Source: Bacteroidota bacterium (GTDB lineage: Bacteria; Bacteroidota; Bacteroidia; NS11-12g; UBA955). Taken from it: DNA of 50,947 nt. This document shows, in pieces, positions 1 through 10,313 of this stretch (position 1 is the stretch's first letter; every line of letters begins with the position of its first letter). The DNA lies in the NCBI GenBank assembly GCA_046301955.1, contig JBKCJE010000055.1, positions 1 to 50,947 of the forward strand, written 5' to 3'. The notes beneath the pieces are model-generated. The model was given only the letters and a program-made list of their open reading frames with translations, searched no databases and was not told where the DNA came from. Position numbers and translations under genes: made by a program.

Positions 1-67
1 GAATTGGCGAAAGGGCGGAAGATGGAAAAAATCCTGAGGTAGTCGGTATCAACGTGATGTTTGCACA

Positions 68-661
68 TTACTTCGGCAAGGTGCCTTTGATGAATTTCCA
101 AATCTCATCGCGACCGAGTTTGCTTTCGGAGCTGCTGATGAAAAATGGGGGCAATTCATTCCAAACTTCTAGTAATTTGGCATCAATGGCTGCTTTGTTT
201 GCTTCCAATTCCGCGGGTTTTAGCTTGTCTGCCTTGGTGCCTATCAAAGCCATTGGGATGTCGTGCTCGCCACACTCATTGATGAAATCTAAATCAATTT
301 GTTGTGGTTTGATGCGCAAATCGATTAGAACAAATAAGCAATACAAATTCACCCTTTCGTGCAAATAATGCTTAATCATTTTGCCGAAAATTTCCCGTTT
401 GTCCTTAGAAAGTTTCGCATATCCATACCCTGGTAAATCCACGAATTGGATCTGTTTGTTCAGTAAAAACAAATTGATGGATTGGGTTTTTCCTGGTGTA
501 GAACTGGTCTTGGCCAAGCCGTTGCGCTGGGTGAGCATGTTGATCAAGCTGCTTTTTCCCACGTTGCTTCGACCGATGAAAGCGAATTCAGGTTTTTCGG
601 TATGAGGCATGTCGGCGTTTTTCTGCCAACTGCCAATGTATTCTGCGGTGTTGATTTCCAT
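68..661 (-). CDS. engB: Ribosome biogenesis GTP-binding protein YihA/YsxC (EngB)
   Basis: PEFAFIGRSNVGKSSLIN (G1), PGKTQ (G2), DLPGYGYA (G3), TKADK (G4). Confidence 0.96.
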   Translation of the reverse strand: MEINTAEYIGSWQKNADMPHTEKPEFAFIGRSNVGKSSLINMLTQRNGLAKTSSTPGKTQSINLFLLNKQIQFVDLPGYGYAKLSKDKREIFGKMIKHYLHERVNLYCLFVLIDLRIKPQQIDLDFINECGEHDIPMALIGTKADKLKPAELEANKAAIDAKLLEVWNELPPFFISSSESKLGRDEIWKFIKGTLPK

Positions 662-726
662 GCGATTTTCTTGTGTTTTCGGTGAAAGACTTGGACTGGG
701 GATTTAAGGGAGTGATGGCAATTGCG

Positions 727-734
727 TATATTTG
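727..734 (+). promoter_or_regulatory. Bacteroidota primary-sigma -7 element (TATATTTG) for ubiE-porT-tgt
   Basis: Exact TAnnTTTG match 10 nt upstream of GTG at 745. Confidence 0.65.
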
Positions 735-744
735 TATTTTTATC

Positions 745-1473
745 GTGGCCACGCAAGTTAAACCCAATCCTGCCTCCGAGGCTTCAAAAAAACAACAAGT
801 CGAGGAAATGTTCGATAACATTTCTCCCCGATATGATTTTTTAAATCATTTTTTGTCGCTCGGCGTAGATTACTCCTGGCGTACCAAGGTGCGTAAAAAC
901 GTCAATTCCTTTGGCGCCAAACGCATTCTCGATGTGGCAACGGGTACCGCTGATTTAGCCATCGAACTGATCAAAATACCCCAAGCAAGTGTTGTGGGTG
1001 TGGACATTAGCCAAGGGATGTTGGATTTTGGACAGATTAAACTGAACCAAAAGCAGCTCACCAATCGCATCGTTTTACAACAAGCCGATTCGGAGAAATT
1101 GCCTTTTCAAGACGCTGAATTTGATGCTGTGACCGTGAGTTTTGGTGTGCGTAACTTTGAGAACCTTTTGGCCGGGTTGGCAGAAATGCAGCGTGTGCTG
1201 AAACCTGGCGGTCCGATGGTTGTTCTAGAGTTTAGTAAACCCACCAACCCCGTATTTTCCCGTTTGTATTGGTTTTACTTCAAAAATATCCTTCCGCTGT
1301 TGGGTAAGATGCTTTCTCGTAGTACCAATGCCTATACCTATTTGCCCCAGAGTGTTGCCGCTTTCCCAGAAGGGGAAGAGTTTGTGGCCAAAGCAAAATC
1401 TGTGGGCTTTTCAAACGTTACCTATAAGCCCCTTACATTTGGTATCTGTACCATGTACACATGCGTAAAATAA
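745..1473 (+). CDS. ubiE: Demethylmenaquinone/ubiquinone methyltransferase UbiE/MenG
   Basis: VEEMFDNISPRYDFLNHFLSLG, LDVATGTAD, SFGVRN, AYTYLPQS; start moved from 673 to in-frame GTG 745, downstream of the promoter motif. Confidence 0.95.
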   Translation: MATQVKPNPASEASKKQQVEEMFDNISPRYDFLNHFLSLGVDYSWRTKVRKNVNSFGAKRILDVATGTADLAIELIKIPQASVVGVDISQGMLDFGQIKLNQKQLTNRIVLQQADSEKLPFQDAEFDAVTVSFGVRNFENLLAGLAEMQRVLKPGGPMVVLEFSKPTNPVFSRLYWFYFKNILPLLGKMLSRSTNAYTYLPQSVAAFPEGEEFVAKAKSVGFSNVTYKPLTFGICTMYTCVK

Positions 1474-2153
1474 TTGTCCTCATATTGCTGTTGGTGTTGG
1501 TTGGCAAGTCAATTGCTCAACCGCGCGACTACAATCGGGATTATCGCAAGCATTTTTTCTGGGGAATCGCCTTCGCTGGTACATCGGCCAAAATGAAAAT
1601 GGAGTTGGATCCAGTTTTTTGGCAACGCACCGATTCCATCGCGAGTATTCGTCCTCAAGGACAGGCGGGTGGAGGATTTGGTGGCTCGGTGGCTTATCGC
1701 TTTGGGAAATACTGGGAAGTGAAAACATTGACCATGTTGCAATTGCACCAGCGCAACATCCAATATGCTTGGCAACATACCCCAGGTCCCAACATCAAAA
1801 TTGAAACCATTTCATTCGACGTGCCGTTGACGCTCAAGTATCGCTCTGATATGCCCAACAATACACGCATGTATGTTTTGGGTGGGGTTCGGTGGTCGCA
1901 CGATTTCCAGAGCAATGAAGGCCTGGTGATAGGAGAGTCAAAACCGCTCATCGCCCTGAAAGCCAATACCTATTACTACGAAGTGGGTGCGGGTATGGAA
2001 TTTCGCCTCGATTTTGTGGATTTGTCGCTTGAATTAAAAATGTCTAACGGACTGAATAATGCGTTAATTAAAGTGCCCAACAGTTATTACTCAGGTAGTT
2101 TGTCGGCCATCTATCCGCGTTTGTTTAGTATCTCTTTGATGGCTCAGAATTGA
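1461..2153 (+). CDS. porT: PorT/SprT-family outer-membrane beta-barrel (type IX secretion system)
   Basis: Signal peptide, alternating beta-strand pattern, PLTLKYRS, MYVLGG, ELKMSNGLNN; ubiE-porT adjacency typical of Bacteroidota. Confidence 0.78.
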   Translation: MRKIIVLILLLVLVGKSIAQPRDYNRDYRKHFFWGIAFAGTSAKMKMELDPVFWQRTDSIASIRPQGQAGGGFGGSVAYRFGKYWEVKTLTMLQLHQRNIQYAWQHTPGPNIKIETISFDVPLTLKYRSDMPNNTRMYVLGGVRWSHDFQSNEGLVIGESKPLIALKANTYYYEVGAGMEFRLDFVDLSLELKMSNGLNNALIKVPNSYYSGSLSAIYPRLFSISLMAQN

Positions 2154-3277
2154 ATTTCGTATTACAACATAAAGATCCCTTCACGAAGGCAAGGGCCGGT
2201 GTCATTGATACCGCACACGGTCGGATCCAAACCCCCATTTTTATGCCTGTTGGTACAGCAGGAACCGTTAAAGGGGTGCATCGCAATTTCCTGTTGAACA
2301 AGAACGACATCAACGCAGATATCATTTTGGGCAATACCTATCACCTGTATTTGCGTCCTGGTCTTGATGTCTTGCAGAAAGCCGGTGGCATCCATGGTTT
2401 TAGCAACTGGGATCGCCCTGTACTGACCGATAGTGGCGGCTACCAAGTGTATTCGCTGTCTGGAACGCGCAAACTCACCGATGAAGGTGTGAAATTCGCC
2501 AGTCATATCGATGGGTCAAAACATATGTTTAGCCCAGAACGTGTGATGGATATTCAGCGGGTGATTGGGGCCGATATCATCATGGCATTTGATGAGTGTA
2601 CGCCGTACCCATGTGAATATGAGTATGCCCAAAAATCGATGCACATGACCCATCGTTGGTTGGATCGGTGCTTTTCGAGATTCAATGAAACGGAGCCGAT
2701 TTATGGACATGAACAAGCGTTGATGCCCATCGTACAGGGCAGTGTTTACGATGATTTGCGCAAGCAGAGTGCCGAATATGTCTTGAAACACGACGCCAAA
2801 GGGTATGCCATCGGCGGTTTGAGTGTGGGAGAACCTCATGAGGATATGTATCGCATCACCGAATTGGTGACCGATATTTTGCCCTACGACAAGCCCCGCT
2901 ATTTGATGGGTGTGGGCACCCCTGAGAATTTGTTGAATGCCATCGCCTTGGGCGTAGATATGTTTGACTGTGTGATGCCAACCCGCAACGGCAGAAATGG
3001 CAATGTGTTCACCACAGAGGGTATTATCAATATCAAAAACAAGCAATGGGCCGATGATTTTGAACCTCTCGATTCATTACTCACACCCGAATACAACAAG
3101 GCCTACGTGCGCCATTTGTTTCAGTCGAATGAAATGATGGGCCCGATCATTGCAAGCATCCAGAATTTGCGTTTCTATTTGTGGTTGGTGCGACAGGCCC
3201 GCTTACGAATCCTTCAGGGGGATTTCCATATTTGGAAACAAAGCATCTTGAAAACGGTGTCGCGCAAATTGTCGTAG
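2150..3277 (+). CDS. tgt: tRNA-guanine transglycosylase
   Basis: TPIFMPVGT, GNTYHL, LTDSGGYQV, AFDECTPYP, GGLSVGE, DMFDCVMPTR. Confidence 0.97.
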   Translation: MNFVLQHKDPFTKARAGVIDTAHGRIQTPIFMPVGTAGTVKGVHRNFLLNKNDINADIILGNTYHLYLRPGLDVLQKAGGIHGFSNWDRPVLTDSGGYQVYSLSGTRKLTDEGVKFASHIDGSKHMFSPERVMDIQRVIGADIIMAFDECTPYPCEYEYAQKSMHMTHRWLDRCFSRFNETEPIYGHEQALMPIVQGSVYDDLRKQSAEYVLKHDAKGYAIGGLSVGEPHEDMYRITELVTDILPYDKPRYLMGVGTPENLLNAIALGVDMFDCVMPTRNGRNGNVFTTEGIINIKNKQWADDFEPLDSLLTPEYNKAYVRHLFQSNEMMGPIIASIQNLRFYLWLVRQARLRILQGDFHIWKQSILKTVSRKLS

Positions 3278-3301
3278 ATTGCAATCTCCTTCACCATCCC
3301 C

Positions 3302-4387
3302 ATGAAATTGAAAAAGTTAGACTGGTACATTTCTAAGAAATTCTTGGAAACGTTCTTCGTAACGGTGGGGTTGTTCATTGTCATCATCATGGTGTTTGAT
3401 GTGGCGGAAAAACTCGATGATTTCTTGGCCAAATCGGCGCCGGTGAATGAGATTTTCTCGGTGTACTATCTCAATTTTGTGCCGAGTTTGCTCAATACCT
3501 TCTCGCCAATTTTTATTTTTATTTCTGTTTTGTATATGACCTCTCGATTGGCTTCGCGCACGGAAATTATCTCGATGCTGGCCGGTGGGATGTCGCTCAA
3601 ACGAATTTTGGTTCCTTACATGGCTACTGCCGCTTTGCTTGCTGTGGGCAGTTACATGTTGAATGCATGGGTGATTCCCATTACCGACAAAGCGAGGGTA
3701 AGGTTTGAGAATGCGTACATGCGAGACTATTACTCACAGGCGAAATCCACCATTTTTAGACAGATTAAGCCTGGGGTGATTTTATACATGGAATACTTCA
3801 ACAACAACGATAGTTCTGGGGTTGGGGTCACTGTGGAGGAATATAAAGGACAGCAATTGAAGAGTTCCTTATTTGGTCGGTTTATCCGCTGGTCGCCCGA
3901 GGCAAAGAAATGGCGATTGGAAATGGTTTGGCAGCGGAAATTCCTGGCCAATGGCAATCAAGATATTCAATACCATTCGATGCTGGATACGCTGATACCG
4001 TTTAATCCTGAAGATTTCTTTTTTCGGCTAGAAGATGTACAGAGTTTGAATCAAAACGAGCTTCGCAGCATGATTGCCAAAGAGAAAATGCGGGGGTCGA
4101 GCAATGTAGAGTTGTTGGAAACGGAATTGAACCGGCGGTATGCATCGCCATTTAGTACGTTTATTTTGGTTTTGATTGCCGTGAGTGTGGCGGGCAGGAA
4201 AACGCGCGGTGGACTTGGATTCTCTTTGGCCGTTGGCATTTTCGTGATCCTGTTTTTCCTGTTTTTTAGCAAGTATTTTGTATCGCTCGGAAATTCGGGT
4301 GTGATTTGGCCTTGGCTATCGGTGTGGTTGCCGAATTTGCTTTTTGTGCCAGTGGCTTATTTGTTTTATCGATTTGCGCAACAATAA
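3302..4387 (+). CDS. LptF/LptG-family LPS export permease
   Basis: KKLDWYISKKFL start, three TM + periplasmic domain + three TM, RTEIISMLAGG, WLPN. Confidence 0.9.
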   Translation: MKLKKLDWYISKKFLETFFVTVGLFIVIIMVFDVAEKLDDFLAKSAPVNEIFSVYYLNFVPSLLNTFSPIFIFISVLYMTSRLASRTEIISMLAGGMSLKRILVPYMATAALLAVGSYMLNAWVIPITDKARVRFENAYMRDYYSQAKSTIFRQIKPGVILYMEYFNNNDSSGVGVTVEEYKGQQLKSSLFGRFIRWSPEAKKWRLEMVWQRKFLANGNQDIQYHSMLDTLIPFNPEDFFFRLEDVQSLNQNELRSMIAKEKMRGSSNVELLETELNRRYASPFSTFILVLIAVSVAGRKTRGGLGFSLAVGIFVILFFLFFSKYFVSLGNSGVIWPWLSVWLPNLLFVPVAYLFYRFAQQ

Positions 4388-4397
4388 TCGCAGCGAA

Positions 4398-5567
4398 TTA
4401 CTCAACCTGAATCACCAAACCTTTGAGGTAATGACCTTCGGGGTGATACAAATTCACCGGATGGTCAGCCCCTTGACCCAATCGGTAGAGGATTCTGCAA
4501 TTTCTGCCAGCTTCGATACCAGCAGCGGTCACGGTATTGGCAAATAAAACATCGTCTACCACCTGTGAGCAACTGAAGGTAAATAACAATCCTCCGGGCG
4601 ATACGCGCTTTAGGCCCATCGCATTGAGGCGTTTGTAGCCCATGACCGCTTTGTGTTTTTTAGATAGGCTTTTGGCAAATGCGGGTGGGTCGAGCACCAC
4701 AATATCGTACAATTTTTGGTCTTCGCCCAGGTGCTTCATCACATCCATCACTTGTCCTTCATGGATTTGATTGGCCTGTAATTTCATGAGCGATACGTTG
4801 TTGTTGGCGAGGTCGATGGCGGTTTGACTGATGTCGGCACTCACCACTTCTTTGGCACCACCTGCCAATGCGGCCACAGAAAATCCACCGGTGTAGCAAA
4901 AGGTATTGAGGACCGTTTTGTCTTTGGCAAAGCCCCGGAGCAGTTGGCGGTTATCGCGCTGATCCAAGAAAAATCCCGTTTTTTGACCAGTGACCCAATT
5001 CACAGTGAATAGCAGGCCATTTTCTTTTGCCGTGGTTTCGGGGGTGTCGCCGAGCAAAAAATCGTCGGGGTCCACGGTGCCATGCATGGCGGCAAAACTC
5101 TTGTTGTAAATGGTTTTGAGTTTGAGGTCTTTGAGGTTCTCAAGGGCTTCAGCAATGTGGTTGATGCTGTTGTACATGCCGAGGCTATGGGCTTGTATCA
5201 CCGCACAATCGTTGTAAATATCGATGATGAGTCCGGGTAGGTTATCGCCCTCACCGTGCACCAATCGGTAGGCGGTGGTGGGGGTTTTGAGTCCGAATCC
5301 CAGTTGTTTGCGCAATGCCAGGCAGTTTGCCAGCTTAGTTTGCCAAAATGCTGTGCCGGGTTCGATGGCTTCGAAGGCCACCATTCTGATGGCGATGCTA
5401 CCGTCGCCCACCTGTCCGGTACCCAAAAGTCGGTCGCGACTGTCAAACACTTGCACCCAATCGCCAATGTATACTTCTTCAATTTCTTGGATCGCACCAG
5501 AGAACACCCACGGATGTTTTCTAAGGAGACTGACTTCTTTTCCGGGCTTTAAGACTGCTTTTTTCAC
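4398..5567 (-). CDS. rlmI: 23S rRNA m5C1962-type class I SAM methyltransferase (RlmI-like)
   Basis: KHPWVFSGAI, YRLVHGEGDNLPGL, GQKTGFFLDQR, LDPPAFAK, FSCS, YLKG; GTG 5567 preferred because TTG 5579 overlaps a promoter-like CAACTTTG. Confidence 0.88.
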   Translation of the reverse strand: MKKAVLKPGKEVSLLRKHPWVFSGAIQEIEEVYIGDWVQVFDSRDRLLGTGQVGDGSIAIRMVAFEAIEPGTAFWQTKLANCLALRKQLGFGLKTPTTAYRLVHGEGDNLPGLIIDIYNDCAVIQAHSLGMYNSINHIAEALENLKDLKLKTIYNKSFAAMHGTVDPDDFLLGDTPETTAKENGLLFTVNWVTGQKTGFFLDQRDNRQLLRGFAKDKTVLNTFCYTGGFSVAALAGGAKEVVSADISQTAIDLANNNVSLMKLQANQIHEGQVMDVMKHLGEDQKLYDIVVLDPPAFAKSLSKKHKAVMGYKRLNAMGLKRVSPGGLLFTFSCSQVVDDVLFANTVTAAGIEAGRNCRILYRLGQGADHPVNLYHPEGHYLKGLVIQVE

Positions 5568-5611
5568 GCTGTGGTGCAAAGTTGGGTGAATTCTATGAAA
5601 TTTGAATCATC

Positions 5612-6715
5612 ATGTTGAGAATACACGAAATCATTGCGTGCTTTGAAGCTATCGCGCCCAGTCGTTTGCAGGAGTCGTACGACAATTCTGGTTTGATTGT
5701 TGGCGATGTGAATGGGGAGGTTCATCGGGCGCTGCTTTGCTTAGACAGTACGGAGGCGGTTGTAGATGAGGCCATTGCCAAGGGGTGCGACATCATTGTT
5801 GCGCATCATCCGATTGTTTTTGGCGGGTTGAAGCGTTTTACTGGTGGCGATTATGTGCAGCGAGCGGTGATGAAGGCCATCAAGAATGACATTGCCATTT
5901 ACGCTTGCCATACCAATTTGGACAATGTATTGCGCAGTGGTGTGAATGAACGCATCGCCAAGCAATTGGGATTTGCAGTGAGTAGTGTTTTGAGGCCGGC
6001 TGCCGCACTTTTGATGAAGTTGGCCGTGTATGTGCCCAATGACCACGTGGATGCTGTGAGGGATGCGCTGTTCGCTGCGGGGGCAGGGAGTATTGGGAAT
6101 TACGATGAGTGTGCATTTTCTACTCCGGGGTTGGGGACATTTAGACCCAATGCGTTGGCGAATCCCACGTTGGGCGTTTCTGGGGTGCGTGAAATGGTGC
6201 AAGAGCAGCGGGTGGAAGTGCTGGTACCAATTTGGTTGAAGGCTCAGGTGGGTAGGGCGATGGTGGCTGCGCATCCGTATGAGGAAGTGGCCCATGATTG
6301 GATTGCTTTAGATAATGTGAGTTCGGAATACGGGGCAGGTGTTTTGTGTAAATTGCCAAAGCCGATGTCGCAGTTGGATTTTTTGCAACATATCAAGTTG
6401 GAAATGGGCGTGGATGTGGTGAAGTTTACCCGTTGCGATGTAAGGGAAGTGAATACGGTGGCGATTTGCGGCGGTGCTGGGAGCTTTTTGATTGGCGATG
6501 CGATGCGTGCTGGGGCCGATGCCTTTATTACCTCGGATGTGAAGTATCACGAATTTTTTGACGCCGAGGAGAAATTGCTGCTGTGCGACATTGGCCACTA
6601 TGAAAGCGAGAAATATACAATTGATTTGTTTTCTGATATATTGTCGTCTAAATTCCCTAATTTTGCAACCATTTTTGCGGAAACTATCACCAACCCTATT
6701 GACTATTTAACATAA
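5612..6715 (+). CDS. Nif3-like (DUF34/YbgI) dinuclear metal protein with inserted PII-like domain
   Basis: QESYDNSGL, AHHPIVF, HTNLD, AGAGSIGNY, HPYEE, DIGHYESE. Confidence 0.93.
   Translation: MLRIHEIIACFEAIAPSRLQESYDNSGLIVGDVNGEVHRALLCLDSTEAVVDEAIAKGCDIIVAHHPIVFGGLKRFTGGDYVQRAVMKAIKNDIAIYACHTNLDNVLRSGVNERIAKQLGFAVSSVLRPAAALLMKLAVYVPNDHVDAVRDALFAAGAGSIGNYDECAFSTPGLGTFRPNALANPTLGVSGVREMVQEQRVEVLVPIWLKAQVGRAMVAAHPYEEVAHDWIALDNVSSEYGAGVLCKLPKPMSQLDFLQHIKLEMGVDVVKFTRCDVREVNTVAICGGAGSFLIGDAMRAGADAFITSDVKYHEFFDAEEKLLLCDIGHYESEKYTIDLFSDILSSKFPNFATIFAETITNPIDYLT
6658..6665 (+). promoter_or_regulatory. Putative internal -7 promoter (TAATTTTG) in the nif3 3' end, serving the zinc-ribbon gene
   Basis: Exact TAnnTTTG match 51 nt upstream of ATG 6717, in the P-N-F-A codons. 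Confidence 0.45.
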
Positions 6716-6716
6716 C

Positions 6717-7511
6717 ATGGACGTAACCATCGACAAAAAACTCAAGGATCTGTGGAAATTGCAGCAGATCGATTCACGACTCGACAACCTACGCGCTGTA
6801 TTGGGAGAATTACCCATGGAAGTTGCCGATTTGGAAGATGATATCGCAGGTTTGCAAACCCGTGTGTCACACATTACCGAAGAGATTGGCGAGTTGAATC
6901 ATGAGATCAGCAATAAGAAAAATGCCATCAAAGATTTTCAGCGTTTGATTGAAAAGTATGATGAGCAGTTGAACAACATTAAAAACAGCCGTGAGTACGA
7001 CGCCATCAACAAGGAGAAGGAAATCGCGGGCTTAGAAATTTTGTCAGCTGAGAAGCGTATTCGCGAATTTGGCCGTCAGATTGAAATGAAAGAAGAGTTG
7101 TTGGGCAATACCCAGAACGCTTTGAATTCGCGCAATCAGGATTTGGAATTCAAGAAAGCTGAATTGACAGAAATCGAAAAAGAGAATGCTGAGGAGATCG
7201 AGAAGATCATGCTAGAGCGCGCTACGGCCGATGGCAAATTGGATCCCCGCATGCACCGTGCCTACCACAGAATCCGTGGGAATGTGCGAAACGGTATTGC
7301 GGTAGCATCTATCATGCGTAGTTCTTGTGGAGGTTGCTTTAGCAAGATTCCATCACAGCGTCATAGCGAAATCCGCGCCCACTACCGCATCGTTGATTGC
7401 GAGAATTGCGGTCGTATTTTGGTTGACCAAGCCATCACGGGTATCGCTGCGATGGAAGAGGAGAAGGTTGAAAAGACCACTCGTCGCAAGATGCGTTTGA
7501 CCACCAAGTAA
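6717..7511 (+). CDS. Coiled-coil C4 zinc-ribbon protein (DUF164/CT398-like)
   Basis: LQQIDSRLD, long coiled coil, CGGC...CENCGRIL; usual partner of nif3. Confidence 0.9.
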   Translation: MDVTIDKKLKDLWKLQQIDSRLDNLRAVLGELPMEVADLEDDIAGLQTRVSHITEEIGELNHEISNKKNAIKDFQRLIEKYDEQLNNIKNSREYDAINKEKEIAGLEILSAEKRIREFGRQIEMKEELLGNTQNALNSRNQDLEFKKAELTEIEKENAEEIEKIMLERATADGKLDPRMHRAYHRIRGNVRNGIAVASIMRSSCGGCFSKIPSQRHSEIRAHYRIVDCENCGRILVDQAITGIAAMEEEKVEKTTRRKMRLTTK

Positions 7512-7529
7512 GAAAAAATTTTATTGTAT

Positions 7530-7565
7530 AAACGAAAGAGGCGGCCTTGGCCGCCTCTTTCGTTT
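7530..7565. terminator. Bidirectional intrinsic terminator
   Basis: Perfect 17-bp inverted repeat AAACGAAAGAGGCGGCC-tt-GGCCGCCTCTTTCGTTT between convergent genes. Confidence 0.85.
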
Positions 7566-7584
7566 TGGGATGACTGTGAGGACG

Positions 7585-8277
7585 TTATTTTACCAGTACC
7601 ACTTGTAAGTCGGGCATGATCTGTGCGATTTTCTGAGGGGGTAGGTTGGTGATATCGATGAAGTAGATGGTTTTGCCCTCGTCCAGGGTTTGTCCGCCCA
7701 TCCATTTTACATCTTGCAAGGTTTTTCCCGCTTCTGTGCGGAACATTCTCACTGGCAGCAAGCAATACCACCCCTGTAAATATCCTTGGTCGTCGAGCTT
7801 GGCTTTGGTGCGTTGCAGCGGGCCCGATAGCAATTTGAAATACGATGGCGTTCCGGGATCGTTAAATATCATGCCCAGTTTGTTCTCGTAGGATTCTATG
7901 CCACCGTTGGCTTTCACAATCGCAGGTAGGGTGTATTTTGCGTAAGTCTTCGCGTCTTTATTGATGTATGCACTGCTCAGTTCATTGGCGGCCAACTGGA
8001 ACGCAATGTGAACTTTGATGCTGTCTTTGGCCATGGGATCGCTAACGCCCGAAGTATCGGTAAATTTTGGAGGCGCGATGCCCGCACTGGTTTCTTCTCC
8101 AGCGCGCGCTTTCTCGTAGGGATCCGCAGCAACCGATTCTGTTGGTGAAGTTTCCGCTTCTTTGTTGGTATTGCAACCACCCAAAGCAAAGGCCATGGCC
8201 AATGCCATGCCAATTGGAAAAATAGATCTCCATGCGATCTTGGTAATGCGGCTCGCTGTAAAGCAGGTCGTTATCAT
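7585..8277 (-). CDS. Hypothetical lipoprotein
   Basis: Hydrophobic stretch ending in lipobox ALGG-C, then a low-complexity linker; ATG 8277 is 5 nt after TATTTTTG (8283-8290). Confidence 0.7.
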   Translation of the reverse strand: MITTCFTASRITKIAWRSIFPIGMALAMAFALGGCNTNKEAETSPTESVAADPYEKARAGEETSAGIAPPKFTDTSGVSDPMAKDSIKVHIAFQLAANELSSAYINKDAKTYAKYTLPAIVKANGGIESYENKLGMIFNDPGTPSYFKLLSGPLQRTKAKLDDQGYLQGWYCLLPVRMFRTEAGKTLQDVKWMGGQTLDEGKTIYFIDITNLPPQKIAQIMPDLQVVLVK

Positions 8278-8351
8278 GGATTCAAAAATAACACAAAGGG
8301 CGTCCTTTTGGGACACCCTTCGTGTATTCACTAACTATAACAATGAGAAAC

Positions 8352-10268
8352 TTATTTCACTTCTTCAAAATCCACGTCTTGTACTTGGTCGCCTGAACCT
8401 GTGCCTTGTCCGGCACCAGCACCAGCACCTTCGCCGGGGTTACCATCTTCATGGTTTCCGCCAGTAGCGTTGTACATGTCTTGGCTTGCTGCTTGCCATG
8501 CGGCATTCAATGCAGCGCTGGCCGTTTCAATCGATGCAAAGTTTTTCTCTGCAGCAGCCACTTTCAATTCGCCCAATGCACTTTCAATGGTTGATTTTTT
8601 CTCCGCTGGGATTTTATCGCCATATTCAGTCAATTGCTTTTCTGTGCTAAAAATTAATGCATCGGCCGCGTTTACTTTGTCGGCTTCTTCCTTGCGCTTG
8701 GCATCAGATTCGGCGTTCATTTCGGCGTCTTTCTTCATCTTTTCGATATCCTCTTTGCTCAATCCGCTAGAAGCTTCAATGCGGATCTTTTGCTCTTTGC
8801 CAGTGGCTTTGTCTTTGGCATGTACGCTCAAAATACCGTTGGCATCGATGTCGAAAGTTACTTCAATCTGTGGCACACCGCGAGGTGATGGAGGAATGCT
8901 ATCCAAAATGAATCTTCCAATGGTTTTGTTGTCTGCGGCCATTGAACGCTCACCTTGCAAGATGTGAATCTCTACAGAAGGTTGGTTGTCCATCGCCGTT
9001 GAGAAAGTTTCTGTTTTCTTGGTTGGGATGGTGGTGTTAGAATCAATCATTCTTGTCATTACACCGCCCATGGTTTCAATACCCATACTCAATGGCGTTA
9101 CATCCAACAATACCACGTCTTTCACTTCTCCTGTCAATACGCCCCCTTGAACTGCAGCTCCTACAGCTACGGCTTCGTCTGGGTTAACACCTTTGCTGGG
9201 CGATTTTCCGAAGAACTCTTCTACCAACTTCTGGATGGCAGGGATACGGGTTGATCCACCCACCAAAATTACTTCGTCGATATCACTAGGGCTCATGTTT
9301 GCATCTTTCAAGGCCTGTTTGCAAGGCTCCAAAGTGCGTTGAATCAAGCTGGCAGCCAATTGCTCGAATTTGCTACGGCTCATTTTCATCACCAAGTGCT
9401 TCGGTACCCCGTCAACAGCAGTGATGTATGGTAAGTTGATGTCGGTTTCGGTGCTGGCCGACAATTCAATTTTGGTTTTTTCAGCGGCTTCTTTCAAACG
9501 TTGCAAGGCCATAGGGTCTTTGCGCAGGTCGATGTTCTCTTGTCTTTTGAACTCATCGGCCAAGAAGTCAATACTTACTTGGTCAAAGTCGTCACCACCC
9601 AAGTGGGTGTCACCATTGGTGCTCTTTACTTCGAAGATGCCATCGCCCAATTCAAGTACAGAAACGTCGAATGTTCCACCACCCAAATCATACACGGCAA
9701 TTTTGATGTCGCGATCCAATTTATCTAGGCCGTAAGCCAATGCAGCTGCAGTAGGTTCGTTGATGATACGTTCAACCACCAAACCAGCAATCTCACCGGC
9801 TTCTTTGGTAGCCTGACGCTGGGCGTCGTTGAAGTAAGCAGGAACGGTGATTACTGCGCGGGTTACTTCTTGTCCCAAATAGTCTTCAGCGGTTTTCTTC
9901 ATTTTCTGAAGAACCATCGCACTAATTTCTTGTGGGGTGTAGTTGCGGTCGCCGATGGTCACACGTGGGGTGTCGTTATCGCCTTTCACAACTTCATAAG
10001 GTACACGACCAATTTCGGTGGTCATGTTTGAATATTTTTCACCCATGAATCGCTTAATCGATTGAATGGTGTGTTGGGGGTTGGTGATGGCTTGACGTTT
10101 GGCAGAGTCACCCACTTTGCGTTCGCCATTGCCATTGTCCATAAATGCCACAATAGAGGGGGTGGTTCTACGACCTTCACTGTTGGCAATTACAACGGGT
10201 TCGTTACCTTCCAAAACGGCTACACAGCTGTTGGTGGTACCTAAGTCAATTCCAATTATTTTACTCAT
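8352..10268 (-). CDS. dnaK: Chaperone DnaK (Hsp70)
   Basis: [39 protein letters not shown]-terminal DVDFEEVK. Confidence 0.99.
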   Translation of the reverse strand: MSKIIGIDLGTTNSCVAVLEGNEPVVIANSEGRRTTPSIVAFMDNGNGERKVGDSAKRQAITNPQHTIQSIKRFMGEKYSNMTTEIGRVPYEVVKGDNDTPRVTIGDRNYTPQEISAMVLQKMKKTAEDYLGQEVTRAVITVPAYFNDAQRQATKEAGEIAGLVVERIINEPTAAALAYGLDKLDRDIKIAVYDLGGGTFDVSVLELGDGIFEVKSTNGDTHLGGDDFDQVSIDFLADEFKRQENIDLRKDPMALQRLKEAAEKTKIELSASTETDINLPYITAVDGVPKHLVMKMSRSKFEQLAASLIQRTLEPCKQALKDANMSPSDIDEVILVGGSTRIPAIQKLVEEFFGKSPSKGVNPDEAVAVGAAVQGGVLTGEVKDVVLLDVTPLSMGIETMGGVMTRMIDSNTTIPTKKTETFSTAMDNQPSVEIHILQGERSMAADNKTIGRFILDSIPPSPRGVPQIEVTFDIDANGILSVHAKDKATGKEQKIRIEASSGLSKEDIEKMKKDAEMNAESDAKRKEEADKVNAADALIFSTEKQLTEYGDKIPAEKKSTIESALGELKVAAAEKNFASIETASAALNAAWQAASQDMYNATGGNHEDGNPGEGAGAGAGQGTGSGDQVQDVDFEEVK

Positions 10269-10298
10269 GGTTTTTAAGTTCTTATTTGCCATGAATTA

Positions 10299-10313
10299 GC
10301 AATCCGTGTACCA
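10299..10313 (-). promoter_or_regulatory. Sigma54-like -24/-12 promoter upstream of dnaK
   Basis: Minus strand TGGTAC-ACGGA-TTGC versus consensus TGGCAC-N5-TTGC, 30 nt before ATG 10268. Confidence 0.6.

Noticed and set aside
1-68. Minus-strand ATG overlapping the engB stop, open to the window edge (MCKHHVDTDYLRIFSIFRPFAN)
   Set aside because: Only 22 codons are visible with no recognisable motif; cannot be supported.
5612-6715. Nif3/DUF34 (often labelled GTP cyclohydrolase I type 2) as a replacement for the broken folE
   Set aside because: That label is regarded as a misannotation of DUF34, and the gene sits in its usual zinc-ribbon context.
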